NCBI GenBank assembly: GCA_025357175.1
Contig: JANXPS010000049.1
Span: forward strand, 1 to 34,281
Source: Deltaproteobacteria bacterium
GTDB lineage: Bacteria > Desulfobacterota > Deferrimicrobia > Deferrimicrobiales > Deferrimicrobiaceae
DNA: 34,281 bases
Reading direction: 5' to 3'
Position 1 is the first letter of the stretch; every line of letters begins with the position of its first letter. Positions 9,080-20,450 of the stretch are shown one piece after another. Both the position numbers and the translations under genes were made by a program. The notes below the pieces were generated by a model, which saw only the letters and a program-made list of their open reading frames with translations, was not told where the DNA came from and made no database searches.

Positions 9080-10075
9080 ATGACCGAACTTCGAAAAGAC
9101 CCGATCGTGGGCCGCTGGGTCATCATCTCCACCGAACGCGCCAAGCGTCCTCACGACGTATCGGAGCAGGCCGCCCCCCGGGTCGCCGGCGTCTGCCCTC
9201 TGTGCCCCGGCAGCGAGCGGATGACGCCCCCCGAAATCATGGCGTTCCGTCCGGACGGCGGCGCCAACGACGCCAACTGGACCGTCCGCGTCGTTCCCAA
9301 CAAGTTTCCGGCGCTGCGCATCGAGGGCGACCTCGGCAAGGCGGCCGAGGGGCTCTACGACCGGATGAACGGCGTCGGCGCCCACGAGGTCGTGATCGAG
9401 AGCGAGCGCCACGACGTCGACCTCTACGACCTTCCGCCCAAGCAGTTCGAGGACGTGCTCTGGGCCTACCGGGAACGTCTCATCGATCTCAAGAAAGACA
9501 AGCGCGTCAAGTCCGTCATGATCTTCAAGAACCACGGCTCGGCGGCGGGCGCCTCGCTTGCCCACAGCCACTCCCAGCTCATCGCGCTGCCGATCGTGCC
9601 CAAGCGCGTCATCGAGGAGATGACCGGCTGCAAGAATTATTACCGGTTCCGGGACCGCTGCCTTTTCTGCGACATCACGATGCAGGAGATGGACCAGAAA
9701 AGCCGCATCGTCGAGGAGAACGGCGAATTCGTCGCCTACGCCCCGTATGCCCCGCGGTTCCCGTTCGAGACCTGGATCGTCCCCAAGCGGCACCAGTGCG
9801 CCTACGAGATGATCGAATTCGAGCAGATCCGATCGCTGGCCGCAATCTTCCGCCGGACGCTTCGGCGCCTCAATCTCGCGCTCGAAAATCCGCCGTTCAA
9901 CTACATCATCCACAGCGCCGCCTTCCAGGAAGGCGCGGCCGACTATTACCACTGGCACATCGAGATCATGCCGAAACTGACCAAGGTCGCCGGCTTCGAA
10001 TGGGGCTCCGGATTCTACATCAACCCCACCCCGCCCGAAGAGGCGGCGAAGTTCCTGCGCGAACTGCCCGAGTAA
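9080..10075 (+). CDS. galT: GalT-family nucleotidylyltransferase
   Basis: ELRKDP, CPLCPG, NKFPAL, catalytic HSHSQ, YHWHIEI. Confidence 0.9.
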   Translation: MTELRKDPIVGRWVIISTERAKRPHDVSEQAAPRVAGVCPLCPGSERMTPPEIMAFRPDGGANDANWTVRVVPNKFPALRIEGDLGKAAEGLYDRMNGVGAHEVVIESERHDVDLYDLPPKQFEDVLWAYRERLIDLKKDKRVKSVMIFKNHGSAAGASLAHSHSQLIALPIVPKRVIEEMTGCKNYYRFRDRCLFCDITMQEMDQKSRIVEENGEFVAYAPYAPRFPFETWIVPKRHQCAYEMIEFEQIRSLAAIFRRTLRRLNLALENPPFNYIIHSAAFQEGAADYYHWHIEIMPKLTKVAGFEWGSGFYINPTPPEEAAKFLRELPE

Positions 10076-10080
10076 GGGAA

Positions 10081-11538
10081 ATGAAGGTACTCATCGTATC
10101 CTCCGAGGCCGTCCCGTTCGCCAAGACGGGAGGGCTTGCCGACGTCTGCGGCGCGCTTCCCGGGGCTTTGCGGCGGATCGGGATCGAGGCCGACATCGCG
10201 TTGCCGTTCTACGGCTCGATCGATCCGGCCCGCTTCGGGACGATGCACGCCGGCTCCTCCATCCCGGTCCCGCTCGGACATCGCGAGGAGGCGGGCTCGG
10301 TCGACGAGATCGTGGGCGGCGACGGCTTCCGCACATTCCTGGTGCGCAACGACCGCCTCTTCCACCGGGAATTCCTCTACGGCACCAAGGACGGCGACTA
10401 CGTCGACAACTGCGAGCGCTTCACCTTCTTCTGCCGCGCCCTGATGGAATGGATCCGGCGCACCGGCCGGCATTACGACGTCATCCACTGCAACGACTGG
10501 CAGTCCGCCCTGATTCCCGCCTACCTCAAGACGCTCTACTCGCACGACCCGGCGTTTCACGGCACCGGTTCGCTCTTCACCATCCACAACCTGGGCTACC
10601 AGGGGATCTTCTGGAACCACGACCTGCCGCTGACGGGGCTCGGCTGGGACCTCTTCACCCCGCAGGGCGTCGAGTTCTACGGCAAGCTCAACGTCCTCAA
10701 GGCGGGTCTCGTGTTCGCCGACTTGCTGTCCACCGTCAGCCCGACCTACGCCCGCGAGGTGCAGACGGGCGAATACGGCTACGGGCTCGAAGGGGTGCTG
10801 CACGAGCGCCGGGAGGCGCTGGTCGGCATTCTCAACGGCGTCGATTACGACGAGTGGAATCCCGCGACGGATCGCTTCATCGCGGCGCCCTATTCGGCGG
10901 ACGACCTGTCCGGCAAGCTGGCCTGCCGCGCCGAGCTGCTGCGCGAGTTCGGCCTGCACGACAGCCCCGACGAGCCGGTGGCCGGATTCATCGGGCGCCT
11001 GAGCGAACAGAAGGGGGTCGACCTGATCGAACGGGCGGGCGAGTGGATCGCGGGCAGTCCGATGCGTCTCGTCGTCCTGGGCCTCGGGGAGCGGCGCTAC
11101 GAGGATGCGCTGACCGAACTGGCCGGAAGGTTCCCGGGAAGGATCTCGGTCCGCCTTGGCTACGACAACCGGCTCGCGCACATGATCGAGGCCGGCTCCG
11201 ACCTCTACCTGATGCCCTCCCGCTACGAGCCGTGCGGCCTCAACCAGATCTACAGCCTCCGCTACGGCGCGATCCCGGTCGTCCGCAAGACGGGCGGGCT
11301 GGCCGACACGGTCGTCGACGCCGACGCGTTCCCATCCGACGGCACCGGCTTCGTGTTCTCCGGCTACGACTCCGGCGAATTCACCGGCGCGGTCGCCCGC
11401 GCGCTCGAGGCGTTCCGCGACACGGCCCGGCGCGATTCGATCATCCGGCGCGGCATGACGCGCGACTTCTCCTGGGATGCCTCCGCCCGGGCCTATGCCG
11501 CCCTTTACGGAAGGGTGGCGGCCATGGCCGCCCGCTAG
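10081..11538 (+). CDS. glgA: Glycogen synthase
   Basis: SEAVPFAKTGGLADV, HCNDWQ, TIHNLGYQG, MPSRYEPCGLNQ, KTGGLADTV. Confidence 0.95.
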   Translation: MKVLIVSSEAVPFAKTGGLADVCGALPGALRRIGIEADIALPFYGSIDPARFGTMHAGSSIPVPLGHREEAGSVDEIVGGDGFRTFLVRNDRLFHREFLYGTKDGDYVDNCERFTFFCRALMEWIRRTGRHYDVIHCNDWQSALIPAYLKTLYSHDPAFHGTGSLFTIHNLGYQGIFWNHDLPLTGLGWDLFTPQGVEFYGKLNVLKAGLVFADLLSTVSPTYAREVQTGEYGYGLEGVLHERREALVGILNGVDYDEWNPATDRFIAAPYSADDLSGKLACRAELLREFGLHDSPDEPVAGFIGRLSEQKGVDLIERAGEWIAGSPMRLVVLGLGERRYEDALTELAGRFPGRISVRLGYDNRLAHMIEAGSDLYLMPSRYEPCGLNQIYSLRYGAIPVVRKTGGLADTVVDADAFPSDGTGFVFSGYDSGEFTGAVARALEAFRDTARRDSIIRRGMTRDFSWDASARAYAALYGRVAAMAAR

Positions 11539-11553
11539 CCTCACGGGGCCGAC

Positions 11554-14016
11554 TTGAAAACCGGAAGCGAACGTCCCGCCTACGTGCTGTCCCGCGTCAT
11601 CGAGATCTGCAACTCCAACGTCCAGATCGAGAACCGGCTGAAACACATCTGCGATTTCCTGTGCAAGGAAACGTTCGCCGACTGCGTCTGCGTCTACGGC
11701 CGCGAGCAGCGAACGGGGCTCCTGCACCCCTGGGTCTCTTCCTGCATGCAGATCCAGGAGTGTTCGCAGATGCCGTTCCGTCTCCGTCCGGGCGAGAGTA
11801 TCGCCGGAAAATCCGCACAGAAAAGGGCGCCGCTTTTTTTCCAGGACGTCCGGAAGATACCTCCGTCGCTTCCCGATCCGCGGGAGCTCCGGGACTTCAC
11901 GTCGATCCTGTCCATCCCGGTGATGGACGACGTCTACCTCTACGGCGTCATGAACCTGTCCTCCTCGGCTCCCGCGAAATATTCGGAGGACGAGGCGGCG
12001 CTCATGCGCACGGTCGCCGTCGAGGTGGCGGGCGCGATCCGGAACAGCCGTCTCTACCACGACGCCCGCAAGCGTGTTTCCGAGCTGGTCACCCTGAACG
12101 AGATCGGGCGGGCGATCACCTCCACCTTCCACGTCCGGGACCTGCTGGGATACGTCGCCAAGACCACTTCCCGGCTGCTCCAGGCCGACGGCTGCACGAT
12201 TCGCCTCGCGGAAGGGGCGTCGAAGGGGCACCTCAAGGTCATGGTCGACGAGGGCTACCTCCGGGCCGGCATCCGGAAAGAGCTGCGCGACCAGGGAAAA
12301 CGACTTGCCGAGCACATCGCGCGGGACCTTAAGCCGGTTCTCATCAACGGGCCCGAGGATTCCCCCGCGTGGGCCTCCCTTTCGAAAGACGGGGTCGCCT
12401 CCTTCCTGGGGCTGCCGATCCTGTCCAAGGGGAAGGCGCTCGGGGTCATCAGCTACTATTCCTATTCCCCGACGCTCGTGTTCGACATGGAAGTGGTCAA
12501 CCTGATGCAGACCGTCTGCAGCCAGCTTGCCAACATGATCGAAAACGCGACGATGTACCGCGAGGCTCAGCAGCTCGCGCAGGAGAACCAGGACAAGGTG
12601 CAGCGGCTGTCCACGCTTTACGACGTGGCGCAGGCGCTCATGGCCACGGTCAAGACGGAACCGCTGCTCCAGGCCATGCTTTACGCGCTCACGTCGCCGA
12701 AGGGCCTCAACTTCAGCCGGGCGATCCTTTTCCTCTTGTCGGAAGACGGAACAAGTCTCGATGGCCGGATGGGGATGGGGCCTCGCAACCGGGGGGAGGT
12801 GCGACGCCTGGCGAAACTCGCCGCATCGGTTTCCGGCGGGATCGAGGGACCGGGCGAGGCGGTCATCGGAAAGATGCTCTGGCCCGACATCGAGCTCATC
12901 CGGATTCCCGTGACGACGGGAGGCTGTCTCGTCGCGCAGGCGGTCAACGAGCAGCGCGCCATCCGGACCGAGACCGGCTGCGGCGGCGCCGATTCGGACC
13001 GCCTCGAGGGATTCTGCGCGATGCACGCGTCCGCCTACGCCACCGTTCCCCTGATCGTCAAGGGGCAGGCGCGCGGGGCGATCTACGTCGACAACCAGTT
13101 CCGGGAACGGGAGATCACCGACGAGGACATCCAGGTGCTCACCATGTTCGCCTCCGAGGCGTCTCTCGCGATGGAAAACGCCTCCCTTTACGAGCGTCTC
13201 GAGAAGGCGCTGCAATCCGTCCGGGCCACCCAGGACAAGCTGCTTCAGAGCGAGAAGCTCGCGGCGCTGGGCGAGATGGCGGCCAAGATCGCCCACGAGA
13301 TCAAGAACCCGCTCACGGTCATCGGCGGTTTCGCGGCCCGCATCGTCTCGAAGGGCAAGTCGGGCGAGGTCGACACGGGGATGGCGGTCCGCTATTCCCG
13401 CATCATCCAGAAGGAAGTTCAGCGGCTCGAGCGGATCCTGCAGGAGACGCTCTATTTCTCGCGGGAGGTGGCGCCCAGCGTCCGCAGCGTCGACGTCAAC
13501 ACCGAGATTCGCGAGGTGCTGCTGATGTTCCGCGACGAGCTCGAGGAGTCGCGGATCACGATCGTCGGCGATTTCGCCGAGGAGCTGCCGATCATCTCGG
13601 TCGATCCCGACCAGCTCCACCAGGTGATGTGGAACCTGATCTCGAACGCGGTGCAGACGATGGGACAGGGCGGGATGCTGACGCTGGCGACGCGCGCTTC
13701 CTTCCCCGAAGAGGGCGACGGGATCGTCCTCCTGATCGGCGATACCGGGGGTGGCATCCCGCACGACGTGGTGCATAATATCTTCAACCCCTTCTTCACG
13801 ACCAAATCCAAGGGAACCGGTCTCGGGCTTCCGATCGTCCACGCCATCATCGAGCGGCACGGCGGCACGATCCACCTCGACAACCGGGAAGGGGTCGGCG
13901 TCACATTCACGATCTACCTGCCCCGCTTCCCCAAGGAAACGGGGGCGTCGGGGCGGCTGCTCGACCAGATCCGGAAAGGCGGAACGAATGAAACCGGAAC
14001 TAAGATCAATCCGTGA
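11554..14016 (+). CDS. Cytoplasmic multi-GAF sensor histidine kinase (TTG start uncertain)
   Basis: Three GAF-like repeats, H-box AHEIKNPL, N-box NLISNA, G-boxes DTGGGI and KGTGLGL. No TM segments seen. Confidence 0.9.
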   Translation: MKTGSERPAYVLSRVIEICNSNVQIENRLKHICDFLCKETFADCVCVYGREQRTGLLHPWVSSCMQIQECSQMPFRLRPGESIAGKSAQKRAPLFFQDVRKIPPSLPDPRELRDFTSILSIPVMDDVYLYGVMNLSSSAPAKYSEDEAALMRTVAVEVAGAIRNSRLYHDARKRVSELVTLNEIGRAITSTFHVRDLLGYVAKTTSRLLQADGCTIRLAEGASKGHLKVMVDEGYLRAGIRKELRDQGKRLAEHIARDLKPVLINGPEDSPAWASLSKDGVASFLGLPILSKGKALGVISYYSYSPTLVFDMEVVNLMQTVCSQLANMIENATMYREAQQLAQENQDKVQRLSTLYDVAQALMATVKTEPLLQAMLYALTSPKGLNFSRAILFLLSEDGTSLDGRMGMGPRNRGEVRRLAKLAASVSGGIEGPGEAVIGKMLWPDIELIRIPVTTGGCLVAQAVNEQRAIRTETGCGGADSDRLEGFCAMHASAYATVPLIVKGQARGAIYVDNQFREREITDEDIQVLTMFASEASLAMENASLYERLEKALQSVRATQDKLLQSEKLAALGEMAAKIAHEIKNPLTVIGGFAARIVSKGKSGEVDTGMAVRYSRIIQKEVQRLERILQETLYFSREVAPSVRSVDVNTEIREVLLMFRDELEESRITIVGDFAEELPIISVDPDQLHQVMWNLISNAVQTMGQGGMLTLATRASFPEEGDGIVLLIGDTGGGIPHDVVHNIFNPFFTTKSKGTGLGLPIVHAIIERHGGTIHLDNREGVGVTFTIYLPRFPKETGASGRLLDQIRKGGTNETGTKINP

Positions 14017-15081
14017 CAAGGTCGAGGCGGGGACGCGCCTGACGGACGACGACGCCCTGACGCTCTACCGGTCGCGCGACCTGATTGCGGTGGGCGAGAT
14101 GGCCGACCTTGCGAACCGCCGGAAAAACGGCGACCGCGTCTACTTCATCGTCAACCGGCACATCAACCCGACCAACATCTGCATCAACCGGTGCAAGTTC
14201 TGCGCGTTCAGCAAGAGCGAGGACGAGCCGCTTGCCTACACGATGACGATGGAAGAGATCCTGTCGCGCGCCGAAGAGGCGCAGGCGCAGAAGGCGACCG
14301 AGCTCCACATCGTCGGCGGGCTGCACCCCCGCCTGCCTTTCGGCTTCTACCTCGAGATGCTGCGGACGCTGCGCGAACGCTTCCCCTCGATGCACATCCA
14401 GGCCTTCACGGCGGTCGAGATCGACTATTTCGCGCAGATCACCGGCCTGCCGCTGCCCGAGGTCATCTCGCAGCTGAAAGAAGCGGGGCTCGGCAGCCTC
14501 CCGGGCGGCGGTGCCGAAATCTTCGCCCCCGAGGTCCGCGCCGCGATCTGTCCCGAGAAGATTCCCGGCAGCCGGTGGCTCGAAGTGATGGAGGCGGTCC
14601 ACGCTGCGGGGCTCAAGAGCAACGCCACGATGCTGTACGGCCACGTCGAATCGCTCGAATCGCGCGTCGGCCACATGCGTCTTTTGCGCGAGCTGCAGGA
14701 TCGCACGGGCGGCTTCCAGGCGTTCATCCCGCTGGCCTTCCACCCCAAGAACACCGAGATCGCCAAAGGGTTCACGACCGGCGTCGAAGACCTCATGGCG
14801 CTTGCGGTCGGGCGGCTCTACCTCGACAACTTCGCGCACATCAAGTCGTTCTGGATCATGGTCGGTCCCAAGCTCGCCCAGGTTTCCCTCCACTTCGGCG
14901 TCGACGACATCGACGGCACGGTGGTCGAGGAGAAGATCACGCACGCCGCCGGGGCGCAGGCCGGGCAGGAGATGGGCGTTTCCGACCTGGTGACGATGAT
15001 CCGGCAGGCCGGACGCATTCCGGTCGAGCGCGACACCCTCTACAACGTGGTGCGGGAATTCCCGGCCGAGGGCGTTCGCGC

Positions 15082-15085
<4 letters not shown>
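13988..15085 (+). CDS. mqnE: Aminofutalosine synthase (radical SAM, menaquinone futalosine pathway)
   Basis: HINPTNICINRCKFC, SNATMLYGHVE, DNFAHIKSFWIM, DDIDGTVVEEKITHAAGA. Confidence 0.9.
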
Positions 15086-16151
<1,066 letters not shown>

Positions 16152-16164
<13 letters not shown>

Positions 16165-17429
16165 AATTCGTCCGCGAGAACATCGGCACCGTCGAGGAGG
16201 CGCTGCGAAAACGACGCTCCGACCTTTCGCTGGAAGGATTCCGCGGACTCGACGAAAAGCGGCGCACGATGCTTACCGCAGTCGAGACGCTGCGCGCCGA
16301 GCGCAACGCGGCCTCCGAGGAGATCGGCCGGCTGCGGCGCGAAAAGCAGGATGCGGCCGGGCTGATGGAACGGATGAAAGCGGTTTCCGCAGCGATCAAG
16401 GAGGCCGAGACCGGGCTGCCCGATATCGAGGCGCGGATGGATGCGCTGCTGCTCAACATCCCCAACATCCCCGACGCCTCCGTCCCCGACGGGGCCGGCG
16501 AGGAAGACAACCCGGTGATCCGCACCTGGGGCACGCCGCGCGAATTCGATTTCCCGGTCAGGGACCACGTCGACATCGGCGAGTCGCTCGACATCCTCGA
16601 TTTCGAGCGGGCGACCAAGATCGCCGGCGGGCGCTTCTGCCTCCTGAAAGGCGCGGGGGCGCGGATCGAGCGTGCGCTGATCAACTTCATGCTCGACGTC
16701 CACACGGGCGAGCACGGCTACACCGAGATGCTCCCGCCGTTCATGGCCAACTCGGCGTCGTTCCTGGGCACCGGGCAGCTTCCGAAGTTCGAGGACGACC
16801 TGTTCAAGGTCGAAGGCACCGACTACTACCTCATCCCGACCGCGGAAGTGCCGGTGACCAACATCGTGCGCGACGAAATTCTCGACGAGGGGGTCCTGCC
16901 GCTCAAGATGACGGCCTACACCCCCTGCTTCCGGAAGGAGGCCGGCTCCTACGGCAGGGATGTCCGCGGCATGATCCGGCAGCACCAGTTCAACAAGGTC
17001 GAGCTGGTCGCGATATCGAAACCCGAGAGCGCCTTCGAGGAACTCGAAAAACTGACATCGCACGCCGAGGAGATCCTCAAGCGGCTCGGCCTGCCCTACC
17101 GCGTGGTGACGCTGTGCACCGGCGACATGGGCTTCTCCTCGGCCAAGACGTACGACATCGAGGTGTGGCTGCCGTCGCAGGGCCGCTACCGCGAGATCTC
17201 GTCCTGCAGCTGCTTTTCCGATTTCCAGGCACGGCGCGCGAAGATCCGCTTCCGCGACGGCACCACGGGCAAGACGCGTCTGGCGTACACGCTCAACGGC
17301 TCCGGGCTGGCGGTCGGCCGCACGTCGGTCGCGATTCTCGAGAACTACCAACAGCCGGACGGCTCCGTGACCGTTCCCGAGGCGCTTCGCCCCTACATGG
17401 GCGGGATCGACCGGATTGTCCGGCGATAG
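16152..17429 (+). CDS. serS: Serine-tRNA ligase
   Basis: [45 protein letters not shown]. Confidence 0.98.
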
Positions 17430-17567
17430 TACGCATTTCCCGGCGCATCCCAAGATTTTGTCCGCCGATGGCGCCTCATCTGGTACAATTTTTATCCTGT
17501 TCCGGCAATTGCCGCGTCTTATTCCCATGATAAACGTTCACAAAAAACGACAGGGGGGGTTATCGTC

Positions 17568-18095
17568 ATGAATCAGATTCCGGAGATCGTACTCGTCGTT
17601 CACCAGGCAATCGAGCACGAAAAGGAGGCGATCAGCATGTACCTCCATTTCGCCAAATTGACCAAGGACGCCAAGGCCAAGAACGTCCTCATCAACCTCG
17701 CGGCCGACGAGGTCGGCCATATGACCAAGCTTGAGGACTATCTTGCGGCACTCCTGCAGGGCAAGGCCTCCATCCCGGGGGCGATGGTCCCCTCCGAGGC
17801 GATGGCTTCCGTGATGACCCGGAGCATCAAGCTCGAGGAGTTCGACAAGAAGCTGCTTGAGAAGGCCGACGAGGTCCGCATCCTCGAGCTGGCGATCGAC
17901 AAGGAGATCAAGGCGAATCTCGGCTACATCGAAATGGCCGCCAAGGCGCACAGCGACGAGGGCAAGGCGATGTTCCTGTCGCTGGCCGCCGAAGAAGATC
18001 TCCACGCCCGGATCCTGCGCGCCGAGGTCGATGCACTCGGGCAGGACGGCTTCTGGTTCGACATTCAGGAATTCACGATGGAGAAGCAACAGTAG
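17568..18095 (+). CDS. Ferritin-like/rubrerythrin-family di-iron protein without a rubredoxin domain
   Basis: Two E..Y..ExxH halves (LAADEVGH, LAAEEDLH). Confidence 0.8.
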   Translation: MNQIPEIVLVVHQAIEHEKEAISMYLHFAKLTKDAKAKNVLINLAADEVGHMTKLEDYLAALLQGKASIPGAMVPSEAMASVMTRSIKLEEFDKKLLEKADEVRILELAIDKEIKANLGYIEMAAKAHSDEGKAMFLSLAAEEDLHARILRAEVDALGQDGFWFDIQEFTMEKQQ

Positions 18096-18117
18096 CAGGG
18101 AAGGATACGGAATCTCG

Positions 18118-18606
18118 ATGGAAATCATCAGGCAGGCGCGTCAGCGTCTAGAGGAAGAGCTCCAGCGGATCGACCACGAGTTGCGGGTCGACCTGCCAAA
18201 GGAGATCATGGTCGCGCTGGCGCAGGGAGACCTGTCCGAAAACGCCGAGTACGAGGCCGCCAAGGACCGGCAGTCCACGCTGCAGGCGCGCATGGGGCAG
18301 ATCCAGAAACGGCTTGCGGATCTTTCCCGCATCGACGTGAAGGGCATTCCCACCGATCGGGCGGGGCTCGGCAGCGAGGTGACGGTCGAGAACCTCGAGA
18401 CGGGCGACATCATCAGCTACACGCTCGTCATTCCCGAGGTCGCCGACGGCAAGAACAACCTGGTGTCGGTGGCGGCGCCGGTCGGGAAGGCGCTGCTCAA
18501 CCGGAAGGTCGGCGATACCGTCAACGTCGAGATTCCCAAGGGAAGCTACGAGTTCGAAGTCCAGAAGATCGTCACCACGTTCGGCGTCGTGCTCGAGGCG
18601 GAATAA
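18118..18606 (+). CDS. greA: Transcription elongation factor GreA
   Basis: GDLSENAEYEAAK; C-terminal SVAAPVGKALL. Confidence 0.92.
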   Translation: MEIIRQARQRLEEELQRIDHELRVDLPKEIMVALAQGDLSENAEYEAAKDRQSTLQARMGQIQKRLADLSRIDVKGIPTDRAGLGSEVTVENLETGDIISYTLVIPEVADGKNNLVSVAAPVGKALLNRKVGDTVNVEIPKGSYEFEVQKIVTTFGVVLEAE

Positions 18607-18635
18607 CGCCGCGCCAGTCGTTGGTCGCGTTTTTA

Positions 18636-18679
18636 AAGGGGCGGGCGGCGCAAGAGCGCTTCCCGCCCTTGGTTTTTTT
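18636..18679 (+). terminator. Intrinsic terminator between convergent greA and manC
   Basis: AAGGGGCGGG..GCGC-AAGA-GCGC..CCCGCCCTT followed by a T-run. Confidence 0.6.
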
Positions 18680-18684
18680 ACGGG

Positions 18685-19752
18685 TCACGCCAGTTCCGGG
18701 TATTTCCCCTTCACCTGGTCCACGATCCCCTTGACCTCTTCCGATCGGTTGCGTGGGCACACGAGCACCGCGTCCCCGCTGCGGACGACGACCACGTCTT
18801 CCATCCCGAGGACGGCGACGACGCCCCGGTCGGAGCGGACCAGCACGTTCCGGCAATCGGTGGCGATGACATTGCCGAAAAGAACGTTGCCCGACTCGCC
18901 GTGCCCCAGGAATTCGTGCAGCGACCGCCACGTCCCGATATCGTTCCAGCCCACGGCGGCCGGGACGACGAGAATCTCGGGTTCGTGCTCGAGCAGCCCG
19001 TGGTCGACCGAGACCGACGGGATCGCCCGGTACGCTTTTCGGATCGCGGCCTGGAATCCCGGTTTTCCCGCCTGCCGGAACGCGGACTCGAACGCGGCAT
19101 GCACGTCGGGCAGGTGGGCCCGGAGTCGTTGCCGGAACTCGGGGAGCCGGAAGAGGAAGAGGCCGCTGTTCCAGTCGAACCGGCCGGATCGCAGGAAGCG
19201 GCGTGCCGTCGCGGCGTCCGGTTTTTCGGCGAAGCGGCGGACGCGGAAGGCGCCCGTTTTCGGATCGCCGTACGGCTGGCCGCGCTCGATGTATCCGTAG
19301 CCGGTGGCGGGGTGGGTCGGGGGGATGCCGAGTGTCACGAAGCATCCGCTTTCCCGCGTCAATCGAAGCGCCCGGCGAAGGATGGCGCGGAATTCCTTGA
19401 GATCCGCGATCGCGTGATCGGCTGGTGAAGCGACCACCACCGCCTCGGGGTCTTTAAGGCGGATCGCGGCGGCGGCGAGGGCGACCGCGGGCGCCGTGTT
19501 CCGCCCCTCCGGTTCGAGCAGCAGGTTCTCCGGAGGAATGCCCAGGGCGGCCGGGGACAGATGCTCACGGTCCTTTTCACCCGCGACGACCCAGATGTTT
19601 CCGGGAGGAACGAGAGGCGCGAAGCGGCGGATCGTTTCGGCGATCATGGTTCCGTGCCCGGTCAGGTTCAGGAACTGCTTGGCACGCTTCGCCCGGCTTT
19701 CGGGCCAGAAGCGGGTTCCCGATCCGCCGGCCATCACGACCGCGTGATTCAT
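18685..19752 (-). CDS. manC: Mannose-1-phosphate guanylyltransferase (no PMI domain)
   Basis: MAGGSGTRFWPESR..KQF, EPEGRNTAPA, TGYGYI, FAEKPD, WNSG, WNDIGTW. Confidence 0.92.
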   Translation of the reverse strand: MNHAVVMAGGSGTRFWPESRAKRAKQFLNLTGHGTMIAETIRRFAPLVPPGNIWVVAGEKDREHLSPAALGIPPENLLLEPEGRNTAPAVALAAAAIRLKDPEAVVVASPADHAIADLKEFRAILRRALRLTRESGCFVTLGIPPTHPATGYGYIERGQPYGDPKTGAFRVRRFAEKPDAATARRFLRSGRFDWNSGLFLFRLPEFRQRLRAHLPDVHAAFESAFRQAGKPGFQAAIRKAYRAIPSVSVDHGLLEHEPEILVVPAAVGWNDIGTWRSLHEFLGHGESGNVLFGNVIATDCRNVLVRSDRGVVAVLGMEDVVVVRSGDAVLVCPRNRSEEVKGIVDQVKGKYPELA

Positions 19753-19829
19753 TCGTCTCCTCCGTGGAATGGCCCGGGAGCCGAATGATGGTGCGCCGCC
19801 CGTTCGCCGTTTGCGTTAGAATACATCCC

Positions 19830-20441
19830 GTGCAGATCAACCTCAAAAAGAGTTTCATCACGGGGATCTTCGTCGTCATCCCGATGGTGCTGTCGATCGG
19901 CCTGCTCACCTGGTTCTTCACGCGGGTCGACAACTTCTTCTCGCCCATCATCGACGGCGTTCTGCCGCTCGTCACCGGATACCCGGCGCACATCCCCGGC
20001 ACCGGCATCATCACGGGAAGCGTCATCATCCTGCTGGTCGGCATGATCGCCCGCAACGTCGCGGGCGCCAAGATGCTCGGTGCGTTCGACCGGCTAATCC
20101 ACCATGTTCCGGTATTCCGCGCGATCTATTCGACGATCAAGCAGATGACCGACGCCTTCTCGCCCGACAACACGACCGCATTCAAGGAAGTCGTGCTGGC
20201 CGAATACCCCAAGGAAAACTCGTACGCGCTGGGCTTCCGCACATCGACGGTCGAACTCGACGGCGAGCGGATCGCGATCGTCTTCGTCCCGACCAACAAC
20301 CTCTATCTCGGCGAAGTGCTGCTCGTCCCCGAGGCGCGTCTGCGTCGGCTCGACATGAGCATCGAACTCGCTCTGCGCTGCCTGGTCTCGGGCGGCACCG
20401 CGGCACCCAAGAAACTGCACAGCGTCCTTCCGCCGGCCTAG
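19830..20441 (+). CDS. DUF502-family membrane protein
   Basis: Two TM helices, PVFRAIYSTIKQ, VVLAEYP, VFVPT, VSGG. GTG start chosen. Confidence 0.8.
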   Translation: MQINLKKSFITGIFVVIPMVLSIGLLTWFFTRVDNFFSPIIDGVLPLVTGYPAHIPGTGIITGSVIILLVGMIARNVAGAKMLGAFDRLIHHVPVFRAIYSTIKQMTDAFSPDNTTAFKEVVLAEYPKENSYALGFRTSTVELDGERIAIVFVPTNNLYLGEVLLVPEARLRRLDMSIELALRCLVSGGTAAPKKLHSVLPPA

Positions 20442-20450
20442 CTCGCCCGG

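Noticed and set aside
10015-14019. 1334-aa minus-strand ORF
   Set aside because: Antisense shadow of glgA and the kinase; long open frames are expected at high GC and it has no recognisable motifs.
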